64,000 nucleotides of DNA from Candidatus Thorarchaeota archaeon (GCA_016839275.1 JAEOUM010000117.1:63861-127860); one strand, 5' to 3'; positions 48,067 through 57,996 are shown, numbered from the stretch's first letter. Notes: generated by a model not told the origin, from the letters alone. Made by a program: numbers and translations.

Positions 48067-48530
48067 CAGATCAAACCTCCAGCAGCGCGAAGGCGACTCT
48101 CAATAGAAAGAATCACTTCTTCCCGCTTACAACGTGGGTATTGTTTGAAGTGAAATCTGGCACTAATCAAATCTGATTCACCAGCTACTTTCATGTTACC
48201 TAGAAGCGCTGCTTGCTTATCAATCCTAAGAAAAAAGACGCACTCATCATCCAGCCTTATATCCAAAGAACGTTCGATTGCTCTACGTCCTTGATTGTCC
48301 ATCTGTTCAAATATATAATCTAGGACCGGTTCACAATTCTCTTGTCCTTCTAGGGTCGCAGATATGACTAGAATGGCATCTCCAGCTTGTCCCTCCGCTT
48401 TTGACTTAGACATGACAAGCTCTTGTCTTACATTCTCCGGAAAAATGGATTGAACTGATAAGGCAACTCGTTCTAAAACTTCAGTAGCTCGGGCATATGC
48501 CCGAGCTTCAATTTTATTCACGAACGGCAT
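48066..48530 (-). CDS. Conserved hypothetical protein between rpl15e and rnp3 (possibly RNA-related)
   Basis: 154-aa ORF, start overlapping the rnp3 stop; no motif recognised. Confidence 0.35.
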   Translation of the reverse strand: MPFVNKIEARAYARATEVLERVALSVQSIFPENVRQELVMSKSKAEGQAGDAILVISATLEGQENCEPVLDYIFEQMDNQGRRAIERSLDIRLDDECVFFLRIDKQAALLGNMKVAGESDLISARFHFKQYPRCKREEVILSIESRLRAAGGLI

Positions 48531-48559
48531 AGCCGCTCCCTCAGAACTGGGGATTCAAA

Positions 48560-49144
48560 TTACTTTGCACGGTTCCCCTTTGCACCGATTGAAGGTCTGA
48601 TTTTTTCAGCGCCTCTTCCCTTTCTATCAAGCCCTCTGCTCCTCTTTCCAGCAGAAGTGAGGCCCCTACTATCTCTTCCCTTATGAGTTGGATCACATAT
48701 CCAGTTAATATTGGGGTCGTTGTATATGACTGGATGACTAGGATCAACTAGAATGACCTCGTACCAGACCCATTTGTGATCATCACCGACCCAATATGAG
48801 TTCAGTACACGAAGATTGGGATATTTTCTGGCTACGCGTTCCTCAGCAATCCATTGTCTTGACTTCTGAGGTGTATACCGAACGATACCAGAGCTATGTG
48901 GCTTTCTACCGCCCGCTGGACCTGGCTTTTCTCGTGGCCCACGGCCAGTCTTAATTCGTACCATCACGTATCCTTGCTTAGCTTTATACCCAAGTGCTCG
49001 CGCACGACCGAGTCTCGTAGGTCTTTCAAGTTTGACCATGCTGCCCATTTTTCTCCAGACTAGCAGTCTATTTCGAACAATCTCAGAGCGTTCTTTTTGC
49101 TCTTCTATCCATGTTTCGTTCATGTGTTTGTATGCTGTTGGCAT
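48560..49144 (-). CDS. rpl15e: 50S ribosomal protein L15e (eL15); the ORF track extends the N-terminus to 49231
   Basis: RLGRARALGYKAKQGYVMVRIKTGRG...; start likely at MPTAYKHMNETW. Confidence 0.85.
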   Translation of the reverse strand: MPTAYKHMNETWIEEQKERSEIVRNRLLVWRKMGSMVKLERPTRLGRARALGYKAKQGYVMVRIKTGRGPREKPGPAGGRKPHSSGIVRYTPQKSRQWIAEERVARKYPNLRVLNSYWVGDDHKWVWYEVILVDPSHPVIYNDPNINWICDPTHKGRDSRGLTSAGKRSRGLDRKGRGAEKIRPSIGAKGNRAK

Positions 49145-49337
49145 TGTATGTACCCATCCTTTGTGGTAATAGATTCGCTTTGTTTGTGGTTCAGCCTCAA
49201 AGGCCACATCCCGCGCGGACGTATCCGCCAATACAAAGGAATGGTCTGGTCAGGCACTAGTGCCATGACCAGATACACCCGAAATGATTTGCTTAAAGAT
49301 GTAACGTTTTGTCTGTTCAAAGCGAAGACTGAACAAG

Positions 49338-50255
49338 CTACTTCAGACCATTGATGACTTTCTGAATAGTAAGTTCTCCAACCCTAACTTGCCCCTCTTC
49401 AGTGGAAGAAGACAGGTGTGGTGTAGCTATAAGTTTAGGATGTTTCACCAGTTGCCAGTTAGTAGGTGGCTCACTCTCGAAGACATCCAATCCTGCACCA
49501 GCAATCTCACCTGCATTCAGTGCATCCAGAAGAGCTCTCTCATCGACAACACCGCCACGGGCAGTGTTTATGAGATATGCTGTCTTCTTCATCTTCTTGA
49601 ATTCATTTGCTCCAATCATTCCCTTAGTCTGGGGCACTAACGGTACATGAAGGGTGATAAAATCTGCCTGCTCGATAATGGTATTCAAATCTGTTCTTTT
49701 AGCTCCAACCTCTTTACACGCTTTATCAACATCAAGGACATCATATGCAAGAACGTTCATGCCGAATGCCTTGGCTCTTTTTCCGACTTCCATCCCAATC
49801 CTACCGAACCCCACTATTCCAATGGTCTTCTGCCACAGTTCAGTTCCACTCAGTTTCTTTTTCTCCCAACGTTCCATTTTCATTGAGCTATCTGCCTGTG
49901 TTATATTCCTAGCAAGAGAGAACATCAATGAGAAGACCATCTCAGCCACTGAAACTGTCGGTGCCTCTGGAGTGTTCTGAACAACAATTCCTTTTGCATC
50001 CGCTGCGTTCTTGTCCACATTGTCAAGACCGACACCAGCCCTGACCACAAGTTTCAATTTGTCTGCGGCATCGATTACTTCTTTGGTAATCTTTGTAGCA
50101 CTTCTCACTACAACACAATCGAAGCCCTTGATTTGTTTCTCAATTGGCCCATCTTTTTCTGCATTTCTTTCCACAACTTCGAGTCCAGCTGCTTTAATCT
50201 TGGCAATAGCTGACTCTTCAATCGGATCTGCAATGAGTACACGTTTCATCAGCAT
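49338..50255 (-). CDS. serA: D-isomer-specific 2-hydroxyacid dehydrogenase (D-3-phosphoglycerate dehydrogenase-like)
   Basis: NAD fold GIVGFGRIGMEVGKRAKAFGM; catalytic His region. Confidence 0.8.
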   Translation of the reverse strand: MLMKRVLIADPIEESAIAKIKAAGLEVVERNAEKDGPIEKQIKGFDCVVVRSATKITKEVIDAADKLKLVVRAGVGLDNVDKNAADAKGIVVQNTPEAPTVSVAEMVFSLMFSLARNITQADSSMKMERWEKKKLSGTELWQKTIGIVGFGRIGMEVGKRAKAFGMNVLAYDVLDVDKACKEVGAKRTDLNTIIEQADFITLHVPLVPQTKGMIGANEFKKMKKTAYLINTARGGVVDERALLDALNAGEIAGAGLDVFESEPPTNWQLVKHPKLIATPHLSSSTEEGQVRVGELTIQKVINGLK

Positions 50256-50325
50256 AACCTCATCTGTGTGATGGGTCTTGCGGTTCTTAGCTTCGTCTTA
50301 AACCTAATGACACTGACATAACTTA

Positions 50326-50913
50326 ATGATGACGTCGTACGACATTTTCTTAACGGGGAATGTCTTCTCTCTTTGTATGAAACGCGAAATAAAACCGACT
50401 ACAGCACTAGTACCCTGCCCAGTTGTCTTGCTAAGTGTTTCTGGAGATGATAAGCCAAATATCATCACTTTGTCTTGGGCTGCGAATGTTTGCAGTAGTC
50501 CCCCCACGATGGTTGTTGGAATACGACCAGAACGCCACAGCTATGACCTTGTAAAGGATGCAGGAGAGTTCGTTCTGAACATTCCCTCCGCGGATTTGAT
50601 TGAGGGCACAGTATTTGCGGGAACTAAATCGGGTCGTGATTATGACAAGTTCTCAGAATGCGGATTCACACCTGAACCTGCATCGAAGATCAAACAACCA
50701 ATGATTAAGGAGTGCCCCATCAATATCGAATGTAAAATCAAAAGTATAGTCCCACTAGGCGCGCATGATCTCTTTATTGTGGACGTGCTAGCTGTACATA
50801 TAGAAGAATCTGTTCTTAGTGAAAACGGCAGGTTTGATGCCTCTAAGACGAATCTCTTCACATATCTACCCCTGAATGGGCAATACTGGACACTTGGAGA
50901 AAAACTCCGCTGA
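50326..50913 (+). CDS. Flavin reductase-like FMN-binding protein (flavoredoxin family)
   Basis: PVVLLSVSGDDKPNIITLSW...VVGIRPERHSYDL pattern. Confidence 0.65.
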   Translation: MMTSYDIFLTGNVFSLCMKREIKPTTALVPCPVVLLSVSGDDKPNIITLSWAANVCSSPPTMVVGIRPERHSYDLVKDAGEFVLNIPSADLIEGTVFAGTKSGRDYDKFSECGFTPEPASKIKQPMIKECPINIECKIKSIVPLGAHDLFIVDVLAVHIEESVLSENGRFDASKTNLFTYLPLNGQYWTLGEKLR

Positions 50914-50922
50914 GTCCTTGAG

Positions 50923-51405
50923 TCAGGGAGATGAAATCTCGATCTCGATGGTTTCTGACTCATCCTCATCAATACTATCGTCTGGAGGTTTCATGTGCTT
51001 GACAAAATAGTTTTGATCCACTTCGCTTACTATCCACGCTCCTGATGGTATGTGTGCTTCGCGGAAGAAGAGATCAAACGTAATTCCTGGAAACTCAACA
51101 ATGATAGGATTGTGCCCGAGGAGAGCGAACAGACTTGTTGCTTCTTGTGCTTGTTGAAGCGAGTCAAGCCTAGCCAAGACCGGCACCCAGTCTCGGCCGT
51201 CCCATTTCAAGAAAGGCCAAGAGTTTTCTGGTGGCCACTCACCTCTCTCCACAATGATGTAGTCCTTAGCACCTCGTTTGTATATTGTTGGATATTGACC
51301 ATACCTGCCCAATTGCATTCCTGCGGTTCTTGCGTCCGCCAATGTAGCGAAAATATCCATTTCTTTCACCTGAATGATAAACCCTTTTTCACTATTACAT
51401 GGCAT
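50923..51405 (-). CDS. Hypothetical protein
   Basis: 160-aa ORF with no motif. Confidence 0.3.
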   Translation of the reverse strand: MPCNSEKGFIIQVKEMDIFATLADARTAGMQLGRYGQYPTIYKRGAKDYIIVERGEWPPENSWPFLKWDGRDWVPVLARLDSLQQAQEATSLFALLGHNPIIVEFPGITFDLFFREAHIPSGAWIVSEVDQNYFVKHMKPPDDSIDEDESETIEIEISSP

Positions 51406-51561
51406 TGATATCGGAGAATGGTAGACAGAGAGAAGCTGCTAAATCAGCTGTCGCAGAGGAAGAAAGGTCAGCATACTGTGCTCTCTCCCTATGCACATTC
51501 TGGATGAGCATAAATTGTTTAATCATGAACAGAATCTTTTTGACTCTTTATCCATTTTGAA

Positions 51562-52779
51562 TCACTTCTGTCCTTTTGCGCTCACAATCTTGATGACATC
51601 ACGATCTTTGAGGACATGTTTGTCAGAGATTCTCATCTTTGTTCGTGCATCAATTCCGTGCACAAATGACTCCATGAGATCAGTATGGATGTGCCCTGCG
51701 AACTCTTTAGCGGTGGTTCCCTCAGGAACGAGATAGACATCTGGCAGGACATTGCCATCACTGTCAGCAAGTGTATTTGAATCATGAACAGGATACACAG
51801 TAATCATATGAAGATAGTCGAATACTGCCTTGTTCAGTAGATTCTGAACTCCAGTGCCTCCATATTTCTGAAGAATATGCTCTTTCAGTTTCTGTAACTG
51901 GTTCTTTTCGCTATCACTCAGATTGTCAGACTGGAGTATCTCAAAATCATTACTTCCCGGGATATACTTGATAACCCCTTTTTTATCAAGATCTTTCAGA
52001 ACCTTCTCAGCAAGTGCACTCACTGGCACAACTAGGTAATCCGGGAACTCCTCCTGTAATCTTTTCATGTTATCCTCAGCGCCAGGCCTGTCAATCTTGT
52101 TCGCTGCTATGATAATTGGTTTTGCTGTGTGCTGCAAAGACCTTACAAATTCTCGCAGTTCATCATCAGTCCACTTATCGACAGTTTCTGATTTCAATTC
52201 AGAATGTCTCATTGCCTTTAGTATATCTCCTCTTGATATTTTGAGACCTGAGAGCTTCTCAAGAAGCAACTCCTCTAATTTCGCACCTTCCGCTCTGACT
52301 CTTCCAGTGATTCTTCTCCAGTCTTTCGTGACTATCCCAAGTATCCACTCTATTAGTTCATCTTCAAGGAACCGTACATCTTCTGCAGGATCATGAGAGC
52401 CTGCGGCTACTTCCTGTCCTTCTGAGTCAAGAGCCCCACTTGCATCTACAATATGAATAAGCACATCAGCCTGTCTGAGATCATCAAGAAACTGGTTTCC
52501 CATTCCTCTCCCTTCATGTGCACCCGGTACCAACCCTGCAACATCAATCAGTTTGATTGGGACAAGGCGTACTCCATCAATGCAAATCGAGTTCTTTGGA
52601 TTATCCTGAACATCAAAATCTCTGCATGCACACGCAGTCCTTACATGGGTCACTCCGACATTTGCCTCGATAGTTGTAAATGGGTAGCTTCCTACTTTGA
52701 AATCTGTCATACACGCAGCATTTGTGAAAGAGGTCTTACCACAGGATGGTTTTCCGACAATTCCAACACTGAAACCCAT
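51562..52779 (-). CDS. Obg-family GTPase with C-terminal TGS domain (YchF/OLA1-like); the ORF track extends the N-terminus to 52836
   Basis: G1 VGIVGKPSCGKTSF; G2 YPFTTIEANVG; G3 DVAG; C-terminal TGS-like region. Confidence 0.7.
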   Translation of the reverse strand: MGFSVGIVGKPSCGKTSFTNAACMTDFKVGSYPFTTIEANVGVTHVRTACACRDFDVQDNPKNSICIDGVRLVPIKLIDVAGLVPGAHEGRGMGNQFLDDLRQADVLIHIVDASGALDSEGQEVAAGSHDPAEDVRFLEDELIEWILGIVTKDWRRITGRVRAEGAKLEELLLEKLSGLKISRGDILKAMRHSELKSETVDKWTDDELREFVRSLQHTAKPIIIAANKIDRPGAEDNMKRLQEEFPDYLVVPVSALAEKVLKDLDKKGVIKYIPGSNDFEILQSDNLSDSEKNQLQKLKEHILQKYGGTGVQNLLNKAVFDYLHMITVYPVHDSNTLADSDGNVLPDVYLVPEGTTAKEFAGHIHTDLMESFVHGIDARTKMRISDKHVLKDRDVIKIVSAKGQK

Positions 52780-52958
52780 GCTCAATCTCTCCATTGACTG
52801 TTTGCCTATTCTCATACTAAAAGATAAACACTTCACTCCGAGAGTTTCACAGACAATATCCGGCGGACCTCGGCCCGAAAACGTTACTACCGATGAGTTT
52901 TTATGAATCCAGATTCAATATATAATATGAATCCAGATTCAATTAAATGTGATCTAAA

Positions 52959-53438
52959 ATGACGAGAATTTGTATTACTTCAACAGGTCCAACACTGGAA
53001 TCTCCAATCGACCCACGGTTTGGTAGATGTGCCTACTTCATAATCGCAGACCCGCAAACCTATGAGTTTGAGGCTGTTTCAAACGAAGCTGCATTGGCTC
53101 CTGGTGGCGCGGGAATTAGAGCAGCTCAGACTGTAGTATCTAAGAACGTAGAAACAGTCCTAACAGGCAGTGTGGGTCCCAATGCTTTTCCCGCGTTAAA
53201 GGATGCAAGTATCAAAATCCTCACTAATATTTCGGGAACAGTCAAGACTGCGATTGATAGATATAGGAACGACAATTTAGATGAGCTGAAGGCTCCAGGG
53301 CCCTCCAATGTAGGAAAGGGGCAAGGAGGGCCTGGTCGTGGTCTAGGCATGGGTTATGGGGGTGGCACAGGTATGGGATTTGGTCGTGGGTCTGGAGGTG
53401 GTCGAGGTCACCGTCGAAGAGGAGGTAGAAGTCTGTGA
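52959..53438 (+). CDS. NifX/NifB-like (dinitrogenase FeMo-cofactor-binding fold, COG1433) protein with Gly/Arg-rich tail
   Basis: FGRCAYFIIAD...GAGIRAAQ...VLTGSVGPNA; C-terminal GKGQGGPGRGLGMGYGGGTGMGFGRGSGGGRGHRRRGGR. Confidence 0.7.
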   Translation: MTRICITSTGPTLESPIDPRFGRCAYFIIADPQTYEFEAVSNEAALAPGGAGIRAAQTVVSKNVETVLTGSVGPNAFPALKDASIKILTNISGTVKTAIDRYRNDNLDELKAPGPSNVGKGQGGPGRGLGMGYGGGTGMGFGRGSGGGRGHRRRGGRSL

Positions 53439-53803
53439 CAACACGGATAATTATCCCAGCACAAGATTCACGAGGCATAGAAGTTGCTGAGCACTTTGGA
53501 AGAGCTCCTTTTTTTGCTGTGATTGACCTAGATGATAACGGACATACCATCGAGATGAAAGTACACCCAAATAGTGGAGAGCATTCAGGTGGAAAAGGGC
53601 ATGCTCACGACAATATCCAACAATATAATCCAAGAGCTGTGATTGTACAAGGAATGGGGCCGAGAGGAATCATGAGCTTTCAATCTCAGAATATTGCTGT
53701 GCTTCGAGCAAATAGCAACCTCGTGCAGGAACTTGTTAACGCTTATGCTCAAAATGCGCTCGAAGAGCTTACAGAGGGTTGTGCCGACGCGCATCACCAT
53801 TGA
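53435..53803 (+). CDS. NifX/NifB-like (COG1433) protein
   Basis: FGRAPFFAVIDLDD...VIVQGMGPRG; overlaps the previous stop by 4 nt. Confidence 0.7.
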   Translation: MTTRIIIPAQDSRGIEVAEHFGRAPFFAVIDLDDNGHTIEMKVHPNSGEHSGGKGHAHDNIQQYNPRAVIVQGMGPRGIMSFQSQNIAVLRANSNLVQELVNAYAQNALEELTEGCADAHHH

Positions 53804-53834
53804 AAGGAGATAGGTCAATCACAGGTGAGCTATA

Positions 53835-54677
53835 ATGATCATTACAGTGGCGTCTGGAAAAGGTGGTACTGGAAAGACGACGGTAGCAGTGAATCTTGCA
53901 TTATCGGTGCAATCTGTAAACTTGCTAGACTGTGATGTTGAGGAGCCAAATGTACACACACTTCTTCATCATACTGATACGATGACCTATCCGGTCACAG
54001 TACCTACACCTGTAGTTGACGTCGAAAAATGTTCATTGTGTGGAAAATGTTCAGAGTTTTGTCAATTCAATGCGATATTTGTGGGAAAGACGAAGACTAT
54101 GGTGTTCAATGAGATTTGTCACGCATGTGGTGGTTGTGCTTTGGTGTGTCCTGAAGGAGCAATCACAGAGGTTGCGCGTTCGATTGGCACAATTCACCAA
54201 TCGATGAGTGGGGACATTCATCTCACCTATGGCGAACTCTCTATTGGAGAACCCATAGCAACGACTGTGATACGTGAGGTAAAAACTAACATCAAGAACG
54301 GAAATACGAATATCCTAGATGCACCACCAGGAACTGCGTGTCCTGTCATTGAAACAGTACGAGGTAGTGATTTTCTCATTCTAGTGACTGAACCAACTCC
54401 CTTCGGATTACACGACTTATCTATGGCAATTGATGTGGTCAAGGAATTAGGAGTCCCCTTTGGAGTCATAGTTAATAGAGCTGGTATCGGAGATGATGGA
54501 GTTATCACATACTGCAAAGAAAATGCGACTCCAATATTAATGGAGATATCCTTCAGCCGCCGCATTGCAGAACTCTACTCCCAAGGCATCCCCTTTGTTC
54601 AAGAGATGCCTGAATGGATTGGAAAGTTCCGAGAGCTGTACAATCATATTGGGAAGGTGGTAGCAGATGCCAAGTGA
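53835..54677 (+). CDS. MinD/ParA-family P-loop ATPase with inserted 2 x [4Fe-4S] ferredoxin domain (COG1149)
   Basis: Deviant Walker A ASGKGGTGKTT; CSLCGKCSEFCQ and CHACGGCALVCP. Confidence 0.8.
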   Translation: MIITVASGKGGTGKTTVAVNLALSVQSVNLLDCDVEEPNVHTLLHHTDTMTYPVTVPTPVVDVEKCSLCGKCSEFCQFNAIFVGKTKTMVFNEICHACGGCALVCPEGAITEVARSIGTIHQSMSGDIHLTYGELSIGEPIATTVIREVKTNIKNGNTNILDAPPGTACPVIETVRGSDFLILVTEPTPFGLHDLSMAIDVVKELGVPFGVIVNRAGIGDDGVITYCKENATPILMEISFSRRIAELYSQGIPFVQEMPEWIGKFRELYNHIGKVVADAK

Positions 54678-55557
54678 GATTGCAGTAATTAGCGGAAAAG
54701 GTGGAACTGGAAAGACTACCATATGTGCTGCCCTTGGTGCCATAGCAGAAAAGACGGTCATGGCGGACTGTGATGTTGACGCTCCAGATCTTCACATTCT
54801 CCTAAATCCTACTATCAAATCATCTCGCGATTTCATTGGTTCCAAAGTCGCTGAGATTGATGAACAGATCTGCACTCAGTGCAGGCTTTGTGAAACTGCT
54901 TGCCGATTTGAAGCAATTGGTGAAAATAGAGTAGATCCGATTGCATGTGAAGGTTGTAATGTATGCGTTCAGATCTGTCCTGAAGGAGCTATCCGTATGA
55001 AAGAGCGAGTTTCAGGTCATGTCTTCAGCTCTGATACCCGTGTGGGTCTGATGGCACATGCAAAACTGATAGCTGGAGAAGGAAACTCGGGCAAGGTTGT
55101 GACTGAGGTTCGAAAACTTGCTACCCAGATGGCTTTAACCAATGAATCAAGCATAGTCTTGATTGATGGCTCTCCGGGAATTGGTTGTCCAGTGATAGCC
55201 ACTGTCACAGGGATACAATTAGGAATTGTAGTTACAGAGCCTACAATATCTGGAATCCATGACATGCGTCGGATTATCGACCTATTAAAACGATTCAGAG
55301 TCCTCAGCACCGTTATCATCAATAAATTCGACATCAATTTGGAAAACTCAAAAATGATAGAGCGTTATTGTTGTGAGAACGATATCGAGATCTTAGGAAA
55401 AATCAAGTTTGACCCCATCATGACACAATCAATGGTAGCTGCAACAACACTAACAGAGTATGCACCCAATCATGAAATATCTGTGCAGCTTCGAAAAATT
55501 TGGCTTCGTATCGTAGAGATTCTCGATAAAAAATCTCCACCTCATGCGATGGATTGA
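54667..55557 (+). CDS. MinD/ParA-family P-loop ATPase with inserted ferredoxin domain (COG1149), second copy
   Basis: ISGKGGTGKTT; CTQCRLCETACR and CEGCNVCVQICP; overlaps the previous gene by 11 nt. Confidence 0.8.
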   Translation: MPSEIAVISGKGGTGKTTICAALGAIAEKTVMADCDVDAPDLHILLNPTIKSSRDFIGSKVAEIDEQICTQCRLCETACRFEAIGENRVDPIACEGCNVCVQICPEGAIRMKERVSGHVFSSDTRVGLMAHAKLIAGEGNSGKVVTEVRKLATQMALTNESSIVLIDGSPGIGCPVIATVTGIQLGIVVTEPTISGIHDMRRIIDLLKRFRVLSTVIINKFDINLENSKMIERYCCENDIEILGKIKFDPIMTQSMVAATTLTEYAPNHEISVQLRKIWLRIVEILDKKSPPHAMD

Positions 55558-55646
55558 GTAAGTGATGTGAAATCGTGCAAGTTTGGCCCTTGTCTGCTAG
55601 TGGATAAATGTAAAAGAAACCTCATGCATTGTTTAAATGATTAGAA

Positions 55647-55958
55647 ATGCTTCGAAGAAGAAGAGGTGGTCGCGGCAGGTTTCCAATCCAGCCCAAAATA
55701 AAGATTGAACCCTTTGCCAAGAAGATGATTCCAGAGCCAAAGAGTGGAGATAATCCCATAGTCATTGATTTGGCAGAGGTTGAAGTTCTACGGCTGGTCG
55801 ACCTCGAAGGCTTGTATCAGGAACAGGCTGGATCTTCAATGGGTATTTCACGGGGTACAATATGGCGTCTTCTAGCTAGCGCTAGAGAAAAAGTTGCACG
55901 TTCTATCTATGAAGGACGGCCGCTCATGATTGGTCTTCAATCTGAGGATGAATCTTAG
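55647..55958 (+). CDS. DUF134/UPF0251 putative DNA-binding protein (sigma-70 region-4-like HTH)
   Basis: EVLRLVDLEGLYQEQAGSSMGISRGTIWRLLASAREKVA. Confidence 0.7.
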   Translation: MLRRRRGGRGRFPIQPKIKIEPFAKKMIPEPKSGDNPIVIDLAEVEVLRLVDLEGLYQEQAGSSMGISRGTIWRLLASAREKVARSIYEGRPLMIGLQSEDES

Positions 55959-56167
55959 CATATGGTCATGGCCATTTGTTAAGCATCCCTTGGAGGGGTT
56001 CTAACTTCCCCTCGTTTCCACTGGAGTCGCAGACACTCTCTCTGTATTACTAACAGTTTAGAGTCCCGCTAGGTGCCATACAATAAGCCCTAGAGGACTC
56101 TGTAATACTCGAACCTCCCTTATATACAGGGAATGGGAAGGGTTACTCGGAGAGGATTACGATTCAA

Positions 56168-56581
56168 TTGGACTATTCCACCCGGATTGACGCTATCATC
56201 GACTATGTAATCAGAAGACCTGCTATCCCTCGCCATTGGGATCCCGTGTCACGACCCCACGTAGCTGTATTGATGCCTGACCCTCTATCGGGAGCAGAAG
56301 TCCGCTATTACCTGTCTCGTTGTGGTGAGAGGAATTCTAATGGTCGCTCCATTCTCGAAGTGGCAGATATTGATACACTTCCTGAGGGAACCTTGTTAGA
56401 GGTGCGATTCAACGCGACACGATCCAATCTATATCAGCTTGAGCTGGTTGGAACCATTCCTTGTTGGCGATGGCTTGGTCGAAGTCAGGGTCTTCCCGAT
56501 TTCAACAGTGATGAATCAATCTACTGGGATCATGTACTCGATACTGGTACCTACACCCCACGAGATATGATTCTCGCCTGA
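56168..56581 (+). CDS. Hypothetical protein
   Basis: 137-aa ORF with no motif. Confidence 0.3.
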   Translation: MDYSTRIDAIIDYVIRRPAIPRHWDPVSRPHVAVLMPDPLSGAEVRYYLSRCGERNSNGRSILEVADIDTLPEGTLLEVRFNATRSNLYQLELVGTIPCWRWLGRSQGLPDFNSDESIYWDHVLDTGTYTPRDMILA

Positions 56582-56604
56582 GATTTACTTTGAAGCCTCC
56601 TCTC

Positions 56605-57453
56605 CTATCCACTCTCGCTCGAGCGATGAACCGCTAGATCAATTTTCTCCTTTATTCCCATTCTTCTTGCCACTCCTCGGACAAATTGAATTTGTCGTTG
56701 GTGTGTGCTCTTCATAAGAATCACAGCTGGTATTGCAAGGATCATAACAATGATTGGTAGAGGTAGCAATAGAGCTGGTACCGACCAGTGTACAGTGGCA
56801 CTTGAACTCATAATCTCAATAACAAAACTATAGAATGCAAACACCACACCAATTCCTGCATAGCCCTTTAGAAACCCCATAAACCAACCACCCATAGGAC
56901 GCATCTCTATAGGTTCACCTGAATCATTCCTGCTCACGTAGATTATACCCGAGTCCAGAATGAACCATGCTGCTGAAAAGAATGCTACTGCTACACCTAC
57001 AGTGAGAACAAGTAGTACGAACAGTGCTGGAATTGGCCACGATTCTACCATCGGTGAGCTCAGGAAGCTCGCACTCACAACCAATTCTCGTACTCCTGGT
57101 GTAAACACAAAAAGAAGTGCGAAGTTAATCGCCATGAGGGCTGGGAAGAAGAATGCTCTGAAGCCACGATTTTTACTTTCAATGTTAACATCAGAAATTC
57201 CAAAGGTTTTTAATTTTCCTAGGGCCAGTTTACCAAGGCTGAGGTAGACCGGTACGAATATCATCCCCAGACCGATGCCTACTATTGCACTCATACTTGT
57301 CAGAACGAACACTATGTCTGCATGGGCGCCCATGTTGCCAAATGGTATGAATGCTGCAAATCCAATTTCTCCTGCCATCGAGAACATCACGAACATGATG
57401 CCCAAGAAGGCCACAAATGTAATCAACTGAATCCATAATCCGCGGTTTGTCAT
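56605..57453 (-). CDS. Integral membrane protein (about 8 TM)
   Basis: Hydrophobic helices throughout. Confidence 0.45.
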   Translation of the reverse strand: MTNRGLWIQLITFVAFLGIMFVMFSMAGEIGFAAFIPFGNMGAHADIVFVLTSMSAIVGIGLGMIFVPVYLSLGKLALGKLKTFGISDVNIESKNRGFRAFFFPALMAINFALLFVFTPGVRELVVSASFLSSPMVESWPIPALFVLLVLTVGVAVAFFSAAWFILDSGIIYVSRNDSGEPIEMRPMGGWFMGFLKGYAGIGVVFAFYSFVIEIMSSSATVHWSVPALLLPLPIIVMILAIPAVILMKSTHQRQIQFVRGVARRMGIKEKIDLAVHRSSESG

Positions 57454-57589
57454 TATCTTTACTCCATCCTCATCTGCTATAGTTCACAGATCATTCAGGA
57501 TGGGCAGAAAACATCGAAAAACCCACTCAAAAGCATTGTTTCCAATCTATATAACAGCTAAAGGGTCCCAACTGCTACCGGTGGAGGGT

Positions 57590-57838
57590 TCAGGAACCGC
57601 TATTCCACCATTTCCACATGACATAGATACCACCTGATGTAGGTACTATGCCGATTAATACAAAGACAGTTAGGATTAGTGGGTCGAAAGAGGACATGAA
57701 ACCCCACCAGCCTACCATTAACCATGCCGGCTGCAAAAACGCAAATCCGAAAATAAATAGGATAATTGCCACACAGAGCAGGTTGTTGTTACGTCGCTGA
57801 ACCGGTGGACTTCCATAACTATCTGGTTCTGGTATCAT
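57590..57838 (-). CDS. Small membrane protein (2-3 TM)
   Basis: 82 aa, hydrophobic. Confidence 0.3.
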   Translation of the reverse strand: MIPEPDSYGSPPVQRRNNNLLCVAIILFIFGFAFLQPAWLMVGWWGFMSSFDPLILTVFVLIGIVPTSGGIYVMWKWWNSGS

Positions 57839-57996
57839 CTATTTCCCACACCTCACGTGCTTCCTGCAACTCCAAGACTTATTTCTATTACCATTGATAA
57901 GAGCATTTTTCACTTCCCTCCACTTGTATAACTAACAAATTAAACAAATAATCGGAAGAGAGATATCTATTGTGACTGATATAGTATCTGATCGTC

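Noticed and set aside
49097-50271. Several + strand ORFs of 79-108 aa
   Set aside because: Antisense to the 2-hydroxyacid dehydrogenase and L15e genes. They are Ser/Leu-rich and low-complexity, typical of reverse-frame artifacts.
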